Assembly (NCBI GenBank): GCA_965227045.1
Contig: OZ245718.1
Location: 3,223,528 to 3,287,527 of the forward strand
Direction: 5' to 3'
Length of the DNA: 64,000 bases
Source of the DNA: Actinomycetes bacterium
GTDB taxonomy: Bacteria > Actinomycetota > Actinomycetes > S36-B12
Shown here: positions 18,889 through 29,090 of the stretch, one piece after another
Numbering within the stretch: the first letter of the stretch is position 1
Layout: each line of letters starts with the position of its first letter
The notes under the pieces: model-generated
Database searches by the model: none
Seen by the model: only the letters and a program-made list of their open reading frames with translations
Told to the model about the DNA's origin: nothing
Position numbers and translations under genes: made by a program

Positions 18889-20418
18889 ATGACCACCGCT
18901 GTGCCCGCGCTCTCGGTTCGCGACGCCTCGAAGATCTTCGGTGGTCAAGTTGCACTGGATCACGTGAATATCGAGGTCGCTGCGGGCGAGATACGAGCGC
19001 TCGTCGGACAGAACGGATGCGGCAAGTCGACTCTTATCAAGATCCTGGCTGGCTTTCATCAGCCTGAGCCCGGAATTCGTGTGACCGTGGGTGGCGTGGA
19101 ACTTGAGATGAGCGACCCGAGTTCCAGCGCGAAGGTCGGGTTGCGCTTCGTCCATCAGGACCTAGGTCTCGTCGCGGATCTAGATGCCGTAGACAACATT
19201 TCTCTTGGCAAGGGCTACGAGACAAACTTCCTGAAGTCGATCAACTGGCGTCAGGAGCGACGTGTCGCCCGCGAAGCGCTTGCAAGCTTGGGATACGACA
19301 TCGACGTACGTCGGAATGTCGGACAGCTCAAGATGAGCGAACGCACAGCGGTAGCAATTGCGCGCGCGATGTCCGACCGCCAGTCGGACCCGAGGGTGCT
19401 GATTCTCGACGAGCCAACAGCAAACCTCCCGGTGGCTGAGGCCAGACGGCTCTATGCGTTGGTACGCCGAGTGGCTGCTGCGGGTATTGCCGTGCTCTTT
19501 GTCTCTCACCACTTTGACGAGGTGTTCGAGATGGCCGATTCGGTCACCGTGCTTCGTGATGGACGTCTCGTGGAGACTCGTCCTGTAGCGGGCCTCAACG
19601 AGGACCAGCTCATAGCACTGGTGATCGGCCGTGAGCTTGACGCGTTCGAACGCAACCCTGAGGCGCGCGCGCATGGCGGGCCGATATTTGTTGTAGAGCA
19701 CCTAAGCGGCAAGTCAGTCGCGGACGTCAGTTTCACGCTGCACAAAGGTGAAGTCCTGGGCATTGCAGGAATCACCGGATCTGGTCGCGAAGACATAGCT
19801 CCGATGCTGTTCGGCGGAGCAAGTCGCCATGGACAGATAACCGTCGCTGGCGATGAGTTGCCAGAGCAGAGACCGGACATTTCGATGGACCATGGAGTTG
19901 CGCTCGTACCCGCTGAACGGCATACCAACGCGTCGTTCATGTTGCACACGTTGCGTGAGAACGTCACGATCGTGGATCCGGCTCGCCACTGGAACAGCGG
20001 GGTTCTGCGCTACGGCAAGGAGCGCGCTGACGTGAGTGGGTGGCTCGAGCGACTCGACGTGCGTCCGCCGAAGCCAGAGTTCGCGATGAGCCAACTCTCG
20101 GGAGGGAACCAGCAGAAAGTCGTGCTTACGCGGTGGCTCCGTCAGGAGCCAAAGGTGCTCATTCTTGATGAACCAACGCAAGGCGTCGACGTTGGTTCGA
20201 AAGCGGATATCCACAGATTCGTGGACGAGGCCGCCGCTCAGGGAACAGCCGTACTGGTCGTCTCGACCGATCACGAAGAGCTGGTCCGCGTCTGCGACCG
20301 TGTGCTAATTCTTCGGCGTGGTCGCATAGTTGACGAGATCGCTGGTGCGCATCTCACGAATGACAACCTAACCGCGGCCACCATCGGGCGCGACTCCGCA
20401 GAAGCGCCAGCTGACTGA
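18889..20418 (+). CDS. sugar-type (CUT2-like) ABC transporter ATP-binding protein, two cassettes
   Basis: 509 aa. GQNGCGKST / LILDEPT in cassette 1; GITGSGRED, LSGGNQQKV, LILDEPTQGVD in cassette 2. Confidence 0.9.
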   Translation: MTTAVPALSVRDASKIFGGQVALDHVNIEVAAGEIRALVGQNGCGKSTLIKILAGFHQPEPGIRVTVGGVELEMSDPSSSAKVGLRFVHQDLGLVADLDAVDNISLGKGYETNFLKSINWRQERRVAREALASLGYDIDVRRNVGQLKMSERTAVAIARAMSDRQSDPRVLILDEPTANLPVAEARRLYALVRRVAAAGIAVLFVSHHFDEVFEMADSVTVLRDGRLVETRPVAGLNEDQLIALVIGRELDAFERNPEARAHGGPIFVVEHLSGKSVADVSFTLHKGEVLGIAGITGSGREDIAPMLFGGASRHGQITVAGDELPEQRPDISMDHGVALVPAERHTNASFMLHTLRENVTIVDPARHWNSGVLRYGKERADVSGWLERLDVRPPKPEFAMSQLSGGNQQKVVLTRWLRQEPKVLILDEPTQGVDVGSKADIHRFVDEAAAQGTAVLVVSTDHEELVRVCDRVLILRRGRIVDEIAGAHLTNDNLTAATIGRDSAEAPAD

Positions 20419-20437
20419 CCAACCAGTTCGAAGTCGA

Positions 20438-21448
20438 GTGTCCGATTCCCGATCAGCAATTGGAGAGATTTTCGTGTCTGACGTTCAAGCGGAGCCCCGC
20501 CGAAGAATCAACCTTGGCTTCGAGCGATTCAGCGGCATCTACGTGTGGATCCTGCTCATCATTGTCTTCTCGCTTTGGATTCCGGACCTTTTCCTCAGCG
20601 TCGACACGGGCCAGAACGTGCTCAGCAACGAAGCCATCACAGCGATGATGGCGCTCGCCGTCATCGTTCCGCTCGCCGCCGGCGTGTTTGACCTTTCATT
20701 CGCGAGCGTACTGTCGGTTTCCGCTTGCTGGACGGCTTGGGCTCTTACGAATCACTACGGAATCGTGATCGCGGCTGGAGGCGCGCTTGCGATCGGCGTC
20801 ACGGTTGGCCTAATCAACTCCTTCGTCGTGGTACGCCTCGGGGTCGACTCGATCATTGCCACCCTGGGCATGATGAGCATCCTTGCCGCGATCGCCTACG
20901 TCATCACCAACGGCGGACAACTAACGATCCCCGAGGATGGGTACTACCCGTTTCTGGACTTCGGACGGACCTTGGTGTTCGGATTGCCGCTGCCCGTGTA
21001 CTACGTGGCGGTGGTCGCCCTGATCATGTGGTGGGTGCTCGACTACACCCCGGCGGGGCGATATCTCTACGCGACAGGTGGTAACCCGGTGGCTGCTCGC
21101 TTAGCGGGCGTTCGCACCGGCAAGGTCACCATGTTCGCATTCGTGACTACCGGATTCCTCTCCGCGCTTGCCGGAATCATTCTTGCCGCACGGTTGGGAA
21201 TTGCTGAAGCCGCGATCGGCGCGCCGTACCTACTACCAGCGTTCACGGCGGTATTCCTCGGAGCGACACAGGTCCGACCTGGCCGGATGAATGTCTTCGG
21301 AACACTCATAGCAATCCTCTTGCTCGCTACTGGCGTCAAGGGCCTCCAGTTGGTCGGCGCTCCGTACTACACGACCGAAATATTCAACGGCCTAGCCCTG
21401 ATCGTCGCGGTCGCGCTCGCGGCCCGTACGGCTCGCAAACGCAGTTGA
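20438..21448 (+). CDS. ABC transporter permease (RbsC/AraH-like)
   Basis: Multi-TM hydrophobic protein with GGNPVAARLAGV motif. Start is GTG 20438, or GTG 20474 after TGGAGAG. Confidence 0.85.
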   Translation: MSDSRSAIGEIFVSDVQAEPRRRINLGFERFSGIYVWILLIIVFSLWIPDLFLSVDTGQNVLSNEAITAMMALAVIVPLAAGVFDLSFASVLSVSACWTAWALTNHYGIVIAAGGALAIGVTVGLINSFVVVRLGVDSIIATLGMMSILAAIAYVITNGGQLTIPEDGYYPFLDFGRTLVFGLPLPVYYVAVVALIMWWVLDYTPAGRYLYATGGNPVAARLAGVRTGKVTMFAFVTTGFLSALAGIILAARLGIAEAAIGAPYLLPAFTAVFLGATQVRPGRMNVFGTLIAILLLATGVKGLQLVGAPYYTTEIFNGLALIVAVALAARTARKRS

Positions 21449-21486
21449 TCCTCGAACTTCACCAGCCTCGAACGGGAGTGACCGTC

Positions 21487-22620
21487 ATGCGAAACTCAAT
21501 CCTCGGTGTCGCCACCGCCGTAGTCGCCACCATGGTTCTCGCAGGATGCGTGATGCCAGGTGACGATCCCAACTTTGGACTTCGGGAGCCTGGTGTCGGG
21601 GAGGCGGGGAGCAGTTCGGATGGCGCAGCCGCAATCCTGGCGCAGTCTTCCGCCGCACCGACAACGATTGGGATCGACACACCGCTCACGGCAAAGCCCG
21701 ATGCGGGAAAGCTCATCGTTAGCGTTTCCGACGGGACGCCAGCTGATGCCACACTCACCAAGTCGATTGCGGCTGCGGCCGAGACTTTGGAATGGACGCT
21801 CACGGTCCTTCCCGTGGACGGGACCCCGGAGTCAGCTCAGGCTGCATTTGAGGAGGCCATTAGGCTCAAGCCGTCAGGCATTCACGTAACAGGTTCGCAG
21901 GAGGAGTTCCTTGCCGCCTCCCTGGCTTCTGCCGAGGAGGCTGGGATCCCGGTCGTATGCACGGGATGCGCGGGCGAGGAACTGGGATCCGTGAAGGACA
22001 CCGCGATTGCCGGCCCCGCTCAGATGGACGAATGGGCACGGATGCTGGCGGCCTTCATTGCGCAGGCATCTAGTGGCGATGCGAGCATCGACTACATCAC
22101 TCACCCGGCGTCTCCAGGGCTCGCATACTTCACAAACGCCTTTATTACCGAACTGCCTGAGTTCTGCCCAGTTTGTTCGGTGAATCAGGTCGCGTTCGAT
22201 CCGTCGATCGATGTGGATGCCGCTAACGCGGCCGCAAACGCGGTCAGCGTCGACATTCTCGCGAACTGGCTACTGACTGACGATGGCGCAGGATTCACTG
22301 GAGTGGAAGGGGCGCTCGACGCCGCTGGTGTTCTCGAGCAGGTCCAGATTGCGGGCAACATGGGCAGCGCGGAGAACATCAAGGGACTGCTCGACAAGAC
22401 CCAGGCCGCATGGACGGCCTACTCAATCCCGATCGCGGGTTGGCGTGTCATCGACTCATTTGCGCGACTCTTCGAGGGCGGTCCAGCGTCGGACGCCCTG
22501 CTCCCGACTCAACTCATGACGCAGGATAATGCGGCGTCTCTCGTTCTTGACGATGCCGGCAACTACGTCGGAGTTGCCGACTATCAGGACCAGTTCACAG
22601 CACTGTGGAAGGTGAGTTAG
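21487..22620 (+). CDS. lipoprotein substrate-binding protein (group B-like)
   Basis: ATG 21487 follows GGGAG; the ORF opens at 21445. Lipobox MVLAGC. Ends QFTALWKVS. Confidence 0.7.
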   Translation: MRNSILGVATAVVATMVLAGCVMPGDDPNFGLREPGVGEAGSSSDGAAAILAQSSAAPTTIGIDTPLTAKPDAGKLIVSVSDGTPADATLTKSIAAAAETLEWTLTVLPVDGTPESAQAAFEEAIRLKPSGIHVTGSQEEFLAASLASAEEAGIPVVCTGCAGEELGSVKDTAIAGPAQMDEWARMLAAFIAQASSGDASIDYITHPASPGLAYFTNAFITELPEFCPVCSVNQVAFDPSIDVDAANAAANAVSVDILANWLLTDDGAGFTGVEGALDAAGVLEQVQIAGNMGSAENIKGLLDKTQAAWTAYSIPIAGWRVIDSFARLFEGGPASDALLPTQLMTQDNAASLVLDDAGNYVGVADYQDQFTALWKVS

Positions 22621-22689
22621 GCGGGCAGCGGATATCGAAGCAATCCGAATGAGTTCGTTGCCCCGGAGTTCGCCGAGTCGGAACCAGAG

Positions 22690-23769
22690 ATGAGGCCGGC
22701 CATACCGGACGGGCTTCAGGAGAGCAGCCGCGGCGTCGGGCCAGTTCGTGATGCCATCGACGTGCGACATCCGAACTTTGCGAGTTGGCTCCGCGACTGC
22801 GGCCTCGGCTCTGGCCCGGTCTCAGCGGTGGTGCCGTTGGCCGGCGGAACCCAGAATGTGATGTACGCGTTCCGCTTCGGTGGTAGGGACTTTGTCATTC
22901 GCGCAGGCCCGGAACATCCTCGTTTGGGTTCAGATGCGGCCATACGAAGAGAAGTTCGTGTACTAAGTGCTCTTGGCGACACTGGGGTTCCTCATCCGAG
23001 GATTGTTGCGGCTGTCAACGAAACAATCGATGCAGTTGGCCCGCCCGCGTACGTGATGGAGTATGTCGTCGGGTTCAATCCCGGAGTTGAACTGCCCGAG
23101 CCGTATCGCTCCAATCGGGGGCTTCGATACCGGAGTGGACGCGCCGTGGTCGACGCTCTGGCACAGGTGCACGCAGTGGACCCAGAGTCGATTGGACTCC
23201 AAGATCTCGGCCGGCCAGAGGGATTCCTTGCGCGCCAGGTTCCCCGTTGGCTGCATGAGCTTGAGCGCTACTCGGAGCTTCCTGGTTACACCCATCCGCA
23301 GTTGCCCGGAATCGAGGAGCTCGGCGAATGGCTCGGAGAGAATCGTCCAGACCAAGGAGAGCCTGCTCTGGTCCACGGCGATATACACCTTGCAAACCTC
23401 ATCCTGACTCCGACTTCGGGCAAGGTCGCAGCTCTAGTTGACTGGGAGATGTCCACGCTTGGAGATCCCTTGCTAGACCTCGGGTGGCTCGTTGTCATGT
23501 GGCCACACGGGGAGGGGCCGCAAGTGCTCGAAACCCCGATCGGGTTGGCCGGTGGGCTTCCGCGTCCCGAGGAGCTCATCTCGTTCTATGCCTGCAACTC
23601 CGATCGGGATCTAAGCGCTGTCGAGTGGTACGTCGAACTGGCGCGATTCAAGCTGGCAATCCTCCTAGAAGGTACCTATGCCCGGTCGCTCTCCGGACTC
23701 GCGAGCCCGGTCCATGGCGAGCGACTCCATTCCGCGGCTTTGCTGCTGCTCGCTAAGTCACGCCGTTGA
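22690..23769 (+). CDS. phosphotransferase (APH/kinase-like) family protein
   Basis: 359 aa. HGDIHLANLIL catalytic loop and DWEMSTLGDPLLDLG. Confidence 0.8.
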   Translation: MRPAIPDGLQESSRGVGPVRDAIDVRHPNFASWLRDCGLGSGPVSAVVPLAGGTQNVMYAFRFGGRDFVIRAGPEHPRLGSDAAIRREVRVLSALGDTGVPHPRIVAAVNETIDAVGPPAYVMEYVVGFNPGVELPEPYRSNRGLRYRSGRAVVDALAQVHAVDPESIGLQDLGRPEGFLARQVPRWLHELERYSELPGYTHPQLPGIEELGEWLGENRPDQGEPALVHGDIHLANLILTPTSGKVAALVDWEMSTLGDPLLDLGWLVVMWPHGEGPQVLETPIGLAGGLPRPEELISFYACNSDRDLSAVEWYVELARFKLAILLEGTYARSLSGLASPVHGERLHSAALLLLAKSRR

Positions 23770-23790
23770 ACTGTCTGCGATGGAGGGGTC

Positions 23791-25062
23791 GTGTTTGAAG
23801 TGAGCCAGCGCGCAGACCATTTGGTCCAGTCCATGTCGCGATTCATGGAGGAGGAGGTGTATCCAGCTGAAGTTACGTTCGAAGAGCAGTGCCGCGAGAG
23901 AGCGGAGAGCCATGAGCAACCTCCCATACTGGAACATCTCAAAGCGCGAGCGCGGGAGGCGGGTCTGTGGAACCTCTTCCTCCCACACGCAGAAGCAGGG
24001 CACGACCCGCTGCGTAATGTTGAGTACGCACCCATCGCGGAGTTATCGGGGCGCAGCATCAACCTCGCTCCCGAGGCAATGAACTGCTCCGCTCCTGACA
24101 CCGGCAACATGGAGTTGCTCTCGCTGTTTGGCACTCCTGAACAGAAGGAGCGCTGGCTGAGGCCGCTGATGGACGGGCTCGCCCGGTCGTCGTACGCCAT
24201 GACTGAACCGCTGGTGGCGTCGAGTGATGCGAGCAACATCCAGACCACCGTAACCAGGCGAGGCGACGAGTGGGTCTTGTCGGGACGAAAATGGTGGATT
24301 ACGGGCGCGCTTCGCGAGCGAAACACGCTGCTTATGGTCATGGGTATCACTGATCCGACGGGCGATGCTCCGAGACATCAACGGCACAGCATCATCCTCG
24401 TTCCAAGAGAAACTCCAGGGATCACTATCGAACGGGAACTAAGTTTCATGGGTCACCTCCCGTTCGAGAGTCACGTGGAGATGACGCTGGACGATGTGCG
24501 AGTACCAGTAGCGAATATTCTGGGTAAACCAGGTGCAGGATTTGCCATGTCCCAAGCGCGCTTAGGCCCAGGTCGGATACATCACTGCATGCGCCTTGTG
24601 GGCGCCGCGGAGCGCGCGCTTGAGCTTATGATCGCCCGTGCCCGGGCGCGCACCACATTTGGCGTAGACCTCATTGATCAGGGAGTGATTCGAGAGTGGA
24701 TCGCTGAGTCCAGAATCGCAATCGATCAGGCTCGCCTCTATACCCTCTACACCGCGTACTTGATGGACACGGTCGGAAACAAAGCTGCGGCGAGCGAGAT
24801 CTCGGGAATCAAAGTGGCGGTCCCGAAGATGGCCCTAGATGTGCTCGACCGCGCCATGCGAGTGTTCGGTGCTGGAGGATTCTCTGGCGATTACGTCTTG
24901 TTCAGCCTTTACGCCGAAGCCAGGAAGATCAGCATTGCTGACGGTCCTGACGAGGTACACAAGCGGGCAGTCGCGAGAACTGAGTTGCGGCGCTTTGATG
25001 GCCTCATGGCTCCGCGGCCGTCGGGCGCTGCGGCGCACCTCGCCCACGTGAAGCGGCTATAG
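23791..25062 (+). CDS. acyl-CoA dehydrogenase (ACAD10/11-like)
   Basis: 423 aa from a GTG start. YAMTEPLVASSDASNI and a C-terminal helical domain. Follows the kinase-like gene, as in ACAD10/11-type pairs. Confidence 0.85.
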   Translation: MFEVSQRADHLVQSMSRFMEEEVYPAEVTFEEQCRERAESHEQPPILEHLKARAREAGLWNLFLPHAEAGHDPLRNVEYAPIAELSGRSINLAPEAMNCSAPDTGNMELLSLFGTPEQKERWLRPLMDGLARSSYAMTEPLVASSDASNIQTTVTRRGDEWVLSGRKWWITGALRERNTLLMVMGITDPTGDAPRHQRHSIILVPRETPGITIERELSFMGHLPFESHVEMTLDDVRVPVANILGKPGAGFAMSQARLGPGRIHHCMRLVGAAERALELMIARARARTTFGVDLIDQGVIREWIAESRIAIDQARLYTLYTAYLMDTVGNKAAASEISGIKVAVPKMALDVLDRAMRVFGAGGFSGDYVLFSLYAEARKISIADGPDEVHKRAVARTELRRFDGLMAPRPSGAAAHLAHVKRL

Positions 25063-25130
25063 GTCCGCCCTAGTACTCAGAACTCCGGATCCGCTGAGCC
25101 GGTTTACTTTGGCTAGCCGGGGCAGTAGTT

Positions 25131-25146
25131 TAGGACGGACGTACCA
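25131..25146. promoter_or_regulatory. operator-like site, TAGGAC-N4-GTAC variant
   Basis: TAGGACGGACGTACCA, 37 nt upstream of SDR 25184. Its extended flank matches the site at 5704. Confidence 0.45.
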
Positions 25147-25183
25147 ATTGTTCTTTCGCGAGGTGTCCTCGAAGGGGTAATGA

Positions 25184-25927
25184 ATGGGCCAGGCAAAGGT
25201 CGTACTCATCACCGGTGCCGGCCGCGGTCTGGGAAAAGCTTCAGCGGTCCGATTCTCTACTGCGGGTTATGTCGTCGTCGTAACCGATGTCGACCCCGCG
25301 AGCGCAGAGCAGGCCGCCCAGGATGTCGGAGGTCAAGCGCTCGGATGGGGGCTCGATGTTCGCGACCCTGCGCAGGTTGAGGAGGCGATGGCCCGTGTGG
25401 AGTTGGAGCTCGGCCGTCTCGACGTGCTCGTGAACAACGCTGGATTCAGTCGTCCGAAACGGACCCCTGAAGTCACGGAGGAGGAATGGAACAATCTCGT
25501 CGATATCTGTCTTGGCGGGACGTTCCGGTGTTCGAAGTTCGCATATCCGCTGCTCGCCCGGAACGGAGGAGCGATCGTCAACATGTCGTCGGGTGCCGGA
25601 CTGATCGGGCACGGCGACCGAGCATCGTATGCGGCTTCTAAGGCTGGAATCTTAGGGTTGACTCGCGACCTCGCCGTCGAATGGGCCAAGGACGGTATTC
25701 GAGTTAACGCAATCACGCCAGGCGTCTTCCTCACGCAAATGCTGCGCACCAACATCGAAGCAGGCGAATACACCCCGGACCGCCTAATTGCTGGAATACC
25801 AATGCGTCGTCTGGGGGAGGAAAGTGAGATGGCCGAGACGGTCTTCTTTCTGGCCGATACGGCCACCTACTTCACGGGTCAGACGTTGGCCTGTGACGGT
25901 GGCCTGACGATTGGACCCCATTGGTAG
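25184..25927 (+). CDS. SDR family oxidoreductase (paralog 3 of 3)
   Basis: 247 aa. TGAGRGLG, NNAG, YAASK, ends CDGGLTIGPHW. Confidence 0.9.
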   Translation: MGQAKVVLITGAGRGLGKASAVRFSTAGYVVVVTDVDPASAEQAAQDVGGQALGWGLDVRDPAQVEEAMARVELELGRLDVLVNNAGFSRPKRTPEVTEEEWNNLVDICLGGTFRCSKFAYPLLARNGGAIVNMSSGAGLIGHGDRASYAASKAGILGLTRDLAVEWAKDGIRVNAITPGVFLTQMLRTNIEAGEYTPDRLIAGIPMRRLGEESEMAETVFFLADTATYFTGQTLACDGGLTIGPHW

Positions 25928-25983
25928 CCGGTCCTCCAGTCTCCAGTCTGTAACCCCATACTCCTCACACGAAAGGCAATAGC

Positions 25984-26787
25984 GTGCCCCGAATCGAAGC
26001 GAACGGCTGCAACTTCTACTACGAAGACGACAACTTCACCGATCCGTGGACGAGTCCCAGCACCGTGGTAATTCAGCATGGGGCTTTCCGCAGTAGCCGT
26101 TTCTGGTATCACTGGGTCCCCTCACTTGCTACCAGACATCGAGTGATCCGCCGAGACTTGCGCGGCAACGGTCGCTCGTCTGCCCCGAGCCAGGATTACG
26201 TCTGGTCAACAGAAGGCCAGGTAGAAGACCTCCTTGCGTTTCTCGACGCGCTCGGACTCGAGCGCGTGCACTTCGTCGGTGAGTCTCTCGGAGGGATCAT
26301 TGGCGCGGCTTTTGCAGCAGAGCATCCCGAGCGCCTTCACAGTCTGATCTTGTGTTCTACACCTATGACGCTTACTGAGGAGAAGCTGAATGGGCGCAGG
26401 ATCCAGGAGTCCATCAGTTCATTCGTTGATGACCGATGGAGCGAGGGTGTACTTACCCCATTGGACGAGGCGCAGCAAGGGTGGGTGAAAGCGGAATGGA
26501 ATCGCAACCCCAAAGAGATCATTGACGGCATCGTGAACTGGGCACCCTCCATCGATCTCTCTAACGACCTGCCGCGGATCAACGTTCCTACTCTCCTCAT
26601 CTCGCCCCTCCGTAGTCCGCTGACCTCTCCGGAGGAGCAGCAGGAGTTCCATGAGGCCATCAGGGGGTCAGTGATTGAGCCGATAGATGGATACGGTCAC
26701 GAGCTGTACTGGGATCGTCCCGAAGAATGTCTGCGCGTGTTGAATGCATTTCTCGATGAGCGCGATCAGGCCGACGCTCCTAGGTGA
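25984..26787 (+). CDS. alpha/beta hydrolase
   Basis: 267 aa. GTG start after GAAAGG. GESLGG nucleophile elbow; C-terminal GYGHELYWDRPEE. Confidence 0.8.
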   Translation: MPRIEANGCNFYYEDDNFTDPWTSPSTVVIQHGAFRSSRFWYHWVPSLATRHRVIRRDLRGNGRSSAPSQDYVWSTEGQVEDLLAFLDALGLERVHFVGESLGGIIGAAFAAEHPERLHSLILCSTPMTLTEEKLNGRRIQESISSFVDDRWSEGVLTPLDEAQQGWVKAEWNRNPKEIIDGIVNWAPSIDLSNDLPRINVPTLLISPLRSPLTSPEEQQEFHEAIRGSVIEPIDGYGHELYWDRPEECLRVLNAFLDERDQADAPR

Positions 26788-26803
26788 GGTCGGCGTCATG
26801 GAA

Positions 26804-26819
26804 CAGGACCCGCGTCCTA
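26804..26819. promoter_or_regulatory. operator-like site (1 mismatch)
   Basis: CAGGACCCGCGTCCTA in the 185-nt gap before the crotonase gene at 26973. Confidence 0.45.
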
Positions 26820-26972
26820 GACGCTGTGCTAAGTTGCCGACACCGCGAACTCGTCAATTGGACGCGAATGCCGCCAGCGCCACCCACAGTGCACTGAGAT
26901 CGGCCGCTCCGGCTGCCGTGGGTCAAGCGAATCATGCTCCGCTCGGACTGACGGCGAACTAAGGAGATCAGG

Positions 26973-27827
26973 TTGAGAGAGTTCATTCGAACGGAGCACC
27001 CCGCCGACGGGGTGGCACGAATAGTGCTCGCTCGTCCAAGCAAACGGAACGCGCAAAGCCCTGCGCTGCTTCGCGAGTTGGACGCGGCCCTCGTTGAAGC
27101 AGTGGCGGACGAGAGTGTCGTGGTCATCATCGTTGCCGCGGACGGTCCTGACTTCTCGTCCGGGCATGACCTGCGCGCCGGATTCGCTCTAGATGGGTCC
27201 CCGATCGCGACGATGGAAGCGTCTTCCGAAGGTCCAGGAATTGAAGGCCACTTCGCTTTCGAATGTGAGATGTACCTGGGACTCTGCTTGCGATGGCGTG
27301 ACATTCCCAAACCCACCATCGCGCAGGTAAACGGTAGGGTCATCGCCGGCGGGCTCATGGTGATGTGGCCGATGGACATCATCGTGGCCGCAGAGAATGC
27401 CACGTTTCAGGACCCCGTAGTCGCGTTCGGTGTCAATGGTGTCGAATACTTCACGCACGTTTGGGAGGTCGGTGCCCGTAAGGCGAAGGAGATGCTTTTC
27501 GCTGGCGAAGCGCTCAGCGCCAGCGACGCCCACCGGCTCGGGATGGTAAATCACGTCGTGCCAATTGAGGAACTCGAGAGCTTCACACTTGCACTCGCAA
27601 GTCGTATTGCGCAACGACCTCCTTTCGCGCTTCGCCTTGCCAAGGCGAGTGTGAACCAGTGTCTAGACGCCCAAGGCCAACGCCACGCGGTACAGGCAAT
27701 TCTCTCAACCCACAACCTGGGACACGCGAACAATCTGGCGCAGTTTGGCTCGATCGTGAGGGCGGATGGTGAGCAAGCTATCCGCGCGGGAGTTGCCCCG
27801 CCGATCTCGGGTCGCCGCGATCCGTAA
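26973..27827 (+). CDS. enoyl-CoA hydratase/isomerase family protein
   Basis: 284 aa. TTG start after AAGGAG. VVIIVAADGPDFSSGHDL and VNGRVIAGGLMVMWPMD. Confidence 0.85.
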   Translation: MREFIRTEHPADGVARIVLARPSKRNAQSPALLRELDAALVEAVADESVVVIIVAADGPDFSSGHDLRAGFALDGSPIATMEASSEGPGIEGHFAFECEMYLGLCLRWRDIPKPTIAQVNGRVIAGGLMVMWPMDIIVAAENATFQDPVVAFGVNGVEYFTHVWEVGARKAKEMLFAGEALSASDAHRLGMVNHVVPIEELESFTLALASRIAQRPPFALRLAKASVNQCLDAQGQRHAVQAILSTHNLGHANNLAQFGSIVRADGEQAIRAGVAPPISGRRDP

Positions 27828-27899
27828 GCAACCAAGCAACTACCCGCCCCAGAATCGACAAGCGATGGGTCATACACAAGGAAGCAAGGAGGAAGGCTC

Positions 27900-29090
27900 A
27901 TGACAGACAAGGTGGTCGTCGCCGGAGTCGGTATGATTCCGTTCACAAAGCCGGGTAGGAGCGAGGCCTACGACGTGATGGGCGCTGAAGCGGCGCGTCG
28001 CGCGCTGACAGACGCTGGACTTGACTACTCGGCTGTGCAGCAGGCCTACGTCGGATACGTGTATGGCGACTCGACGTCGGGCCAGAAGGCGCTCTACCAC
28101 CTGGGCCAGAGCGGTATCCCGGTGGTGAATGTCAACAACAACTGCTCGACCGGCTCGTCGGCGCTCTTCCTGGCGCGACAAGCGGTTGCAAGCGGTGTCG
28201 TCGACGTCGCGCTAGCTCTCGGTTTCGAGCAGATGACGCCAGGGGCGCTGACCAACGTTTACACCGACCGGCCGTCCGCGACGGAGCGATTCGAGGAGGT
28301 GCGCGATCGGGCAAACGGGGGTGCGTTCGAAGGTGTACCCACGGCAGCTCTCTTCTTCGGAGGCGCCGGGCAAGAGTACGTCGACGAGCACGGAATGGAT
28401 CCCTCGGTCTTCGGTCGCATTACGGTGAAGTCTCGTCTGCACGCGGCGAACAACCCATACGCTGTGTTCCGCGATCCGCTGACGCTGGAAGAGGTCATGG
28501 CGTCTCCGCACATTTTCGGCCCGCTCACTCGGTTCCAGTGCTGCCCGCCCACCTGTGGAGCCGCTGCCGCTGTCATCGTCTCTCAGGACTACGCCAAGAG
28601 GCACGGGCTCCGCTCCGATGTTGTCATCGCTGGTCAGTCTCTGTTCACGGACATGTCGACCACATTCGAAACGGATCGAAAGAGGCTGATCGGATTCGAC
28701 ATGGCCGCGCGAGCCGCGGCTGCGGTGTACGAAGAAAGTGGCATCGGACCCGACGACATTCGTGTGGTGGAGTTGCATGACTGCTTCACCACCAACGAGT
28801 TCCTCACGTATGAGGCCCTGGGGCTCACCGCCGAGGGAACAGCAGAGAGGTTCGTCATGGATGGTGACAACACATACGGTGGCCGTGTAGTAACAAATCC
28901 GTCGGGCGGCCTCATCTCGAAGGGGCATCCCTTGGGCGCGACGGGCTTGGCGCAATGCGCAGAACTCGTGTGGCAGTTGCGTGGTGAAGCAGACGCGCGG
29001 CAGGTCGAAGGTGTCAATGCTGCGCTTCAGCACAATGTTGGCATTGGCGGGGCGTGCGTTGTCACGATGTACCAGAAGGTCGATGCATGA
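27900..29090 (+). CDS. SCP-x/Ltp-type thiolase (nucleophile Cys present)
   Basis: 396 aa. VAGVGMIPFTK, NNNCSTGSSALF, GHPLGATG, NVGIGGAC. Confidence 0.85.
   Translation: MTDKVVVAGVGMIPFTKPGRSEAYDVMGAEAARRALTDAGLDYSAVQQAYVGYVYGDSTSGQKALYHLGQSGIPVVNVNNNCSTGSSALFLARQAVASGVVDVALALGFEQMTPGALTNVYTDRPSATERFEEVRDRANGGAFEGVPTAALFFGGAGQEYVDEHGMDPSVFGRITVKSRLHAANNPYAVFRDPLTLEEVMASPHIFGPLTRFQCCPPTCGAAAAVIVSQDYAKRHGLRSDVVIAGQSLFTDMSTTFETDRKRLIGFDMAARAAAAVYEESGIGPDDIRVVELHDCFTTNEFLTYEALGLTAEGTAERFVMDGDNTYGGRVVTNPSGGLISKGHPLGATGLAQCAELVWQLRGEADARQVEGVNAALQHNVGIGGACVVTMYQKVDA

Noticed and set aside
26744-26962. 72 aa ORF filling the gap between the alpha/beta hydrolase and crotonase genes
   Set aside because: It overlaps the 3' end of the upstream gene in another frame, is Ala/Pro/Arg-rich, and contains the operator-like site. 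An untranslated promoter region is more likely.
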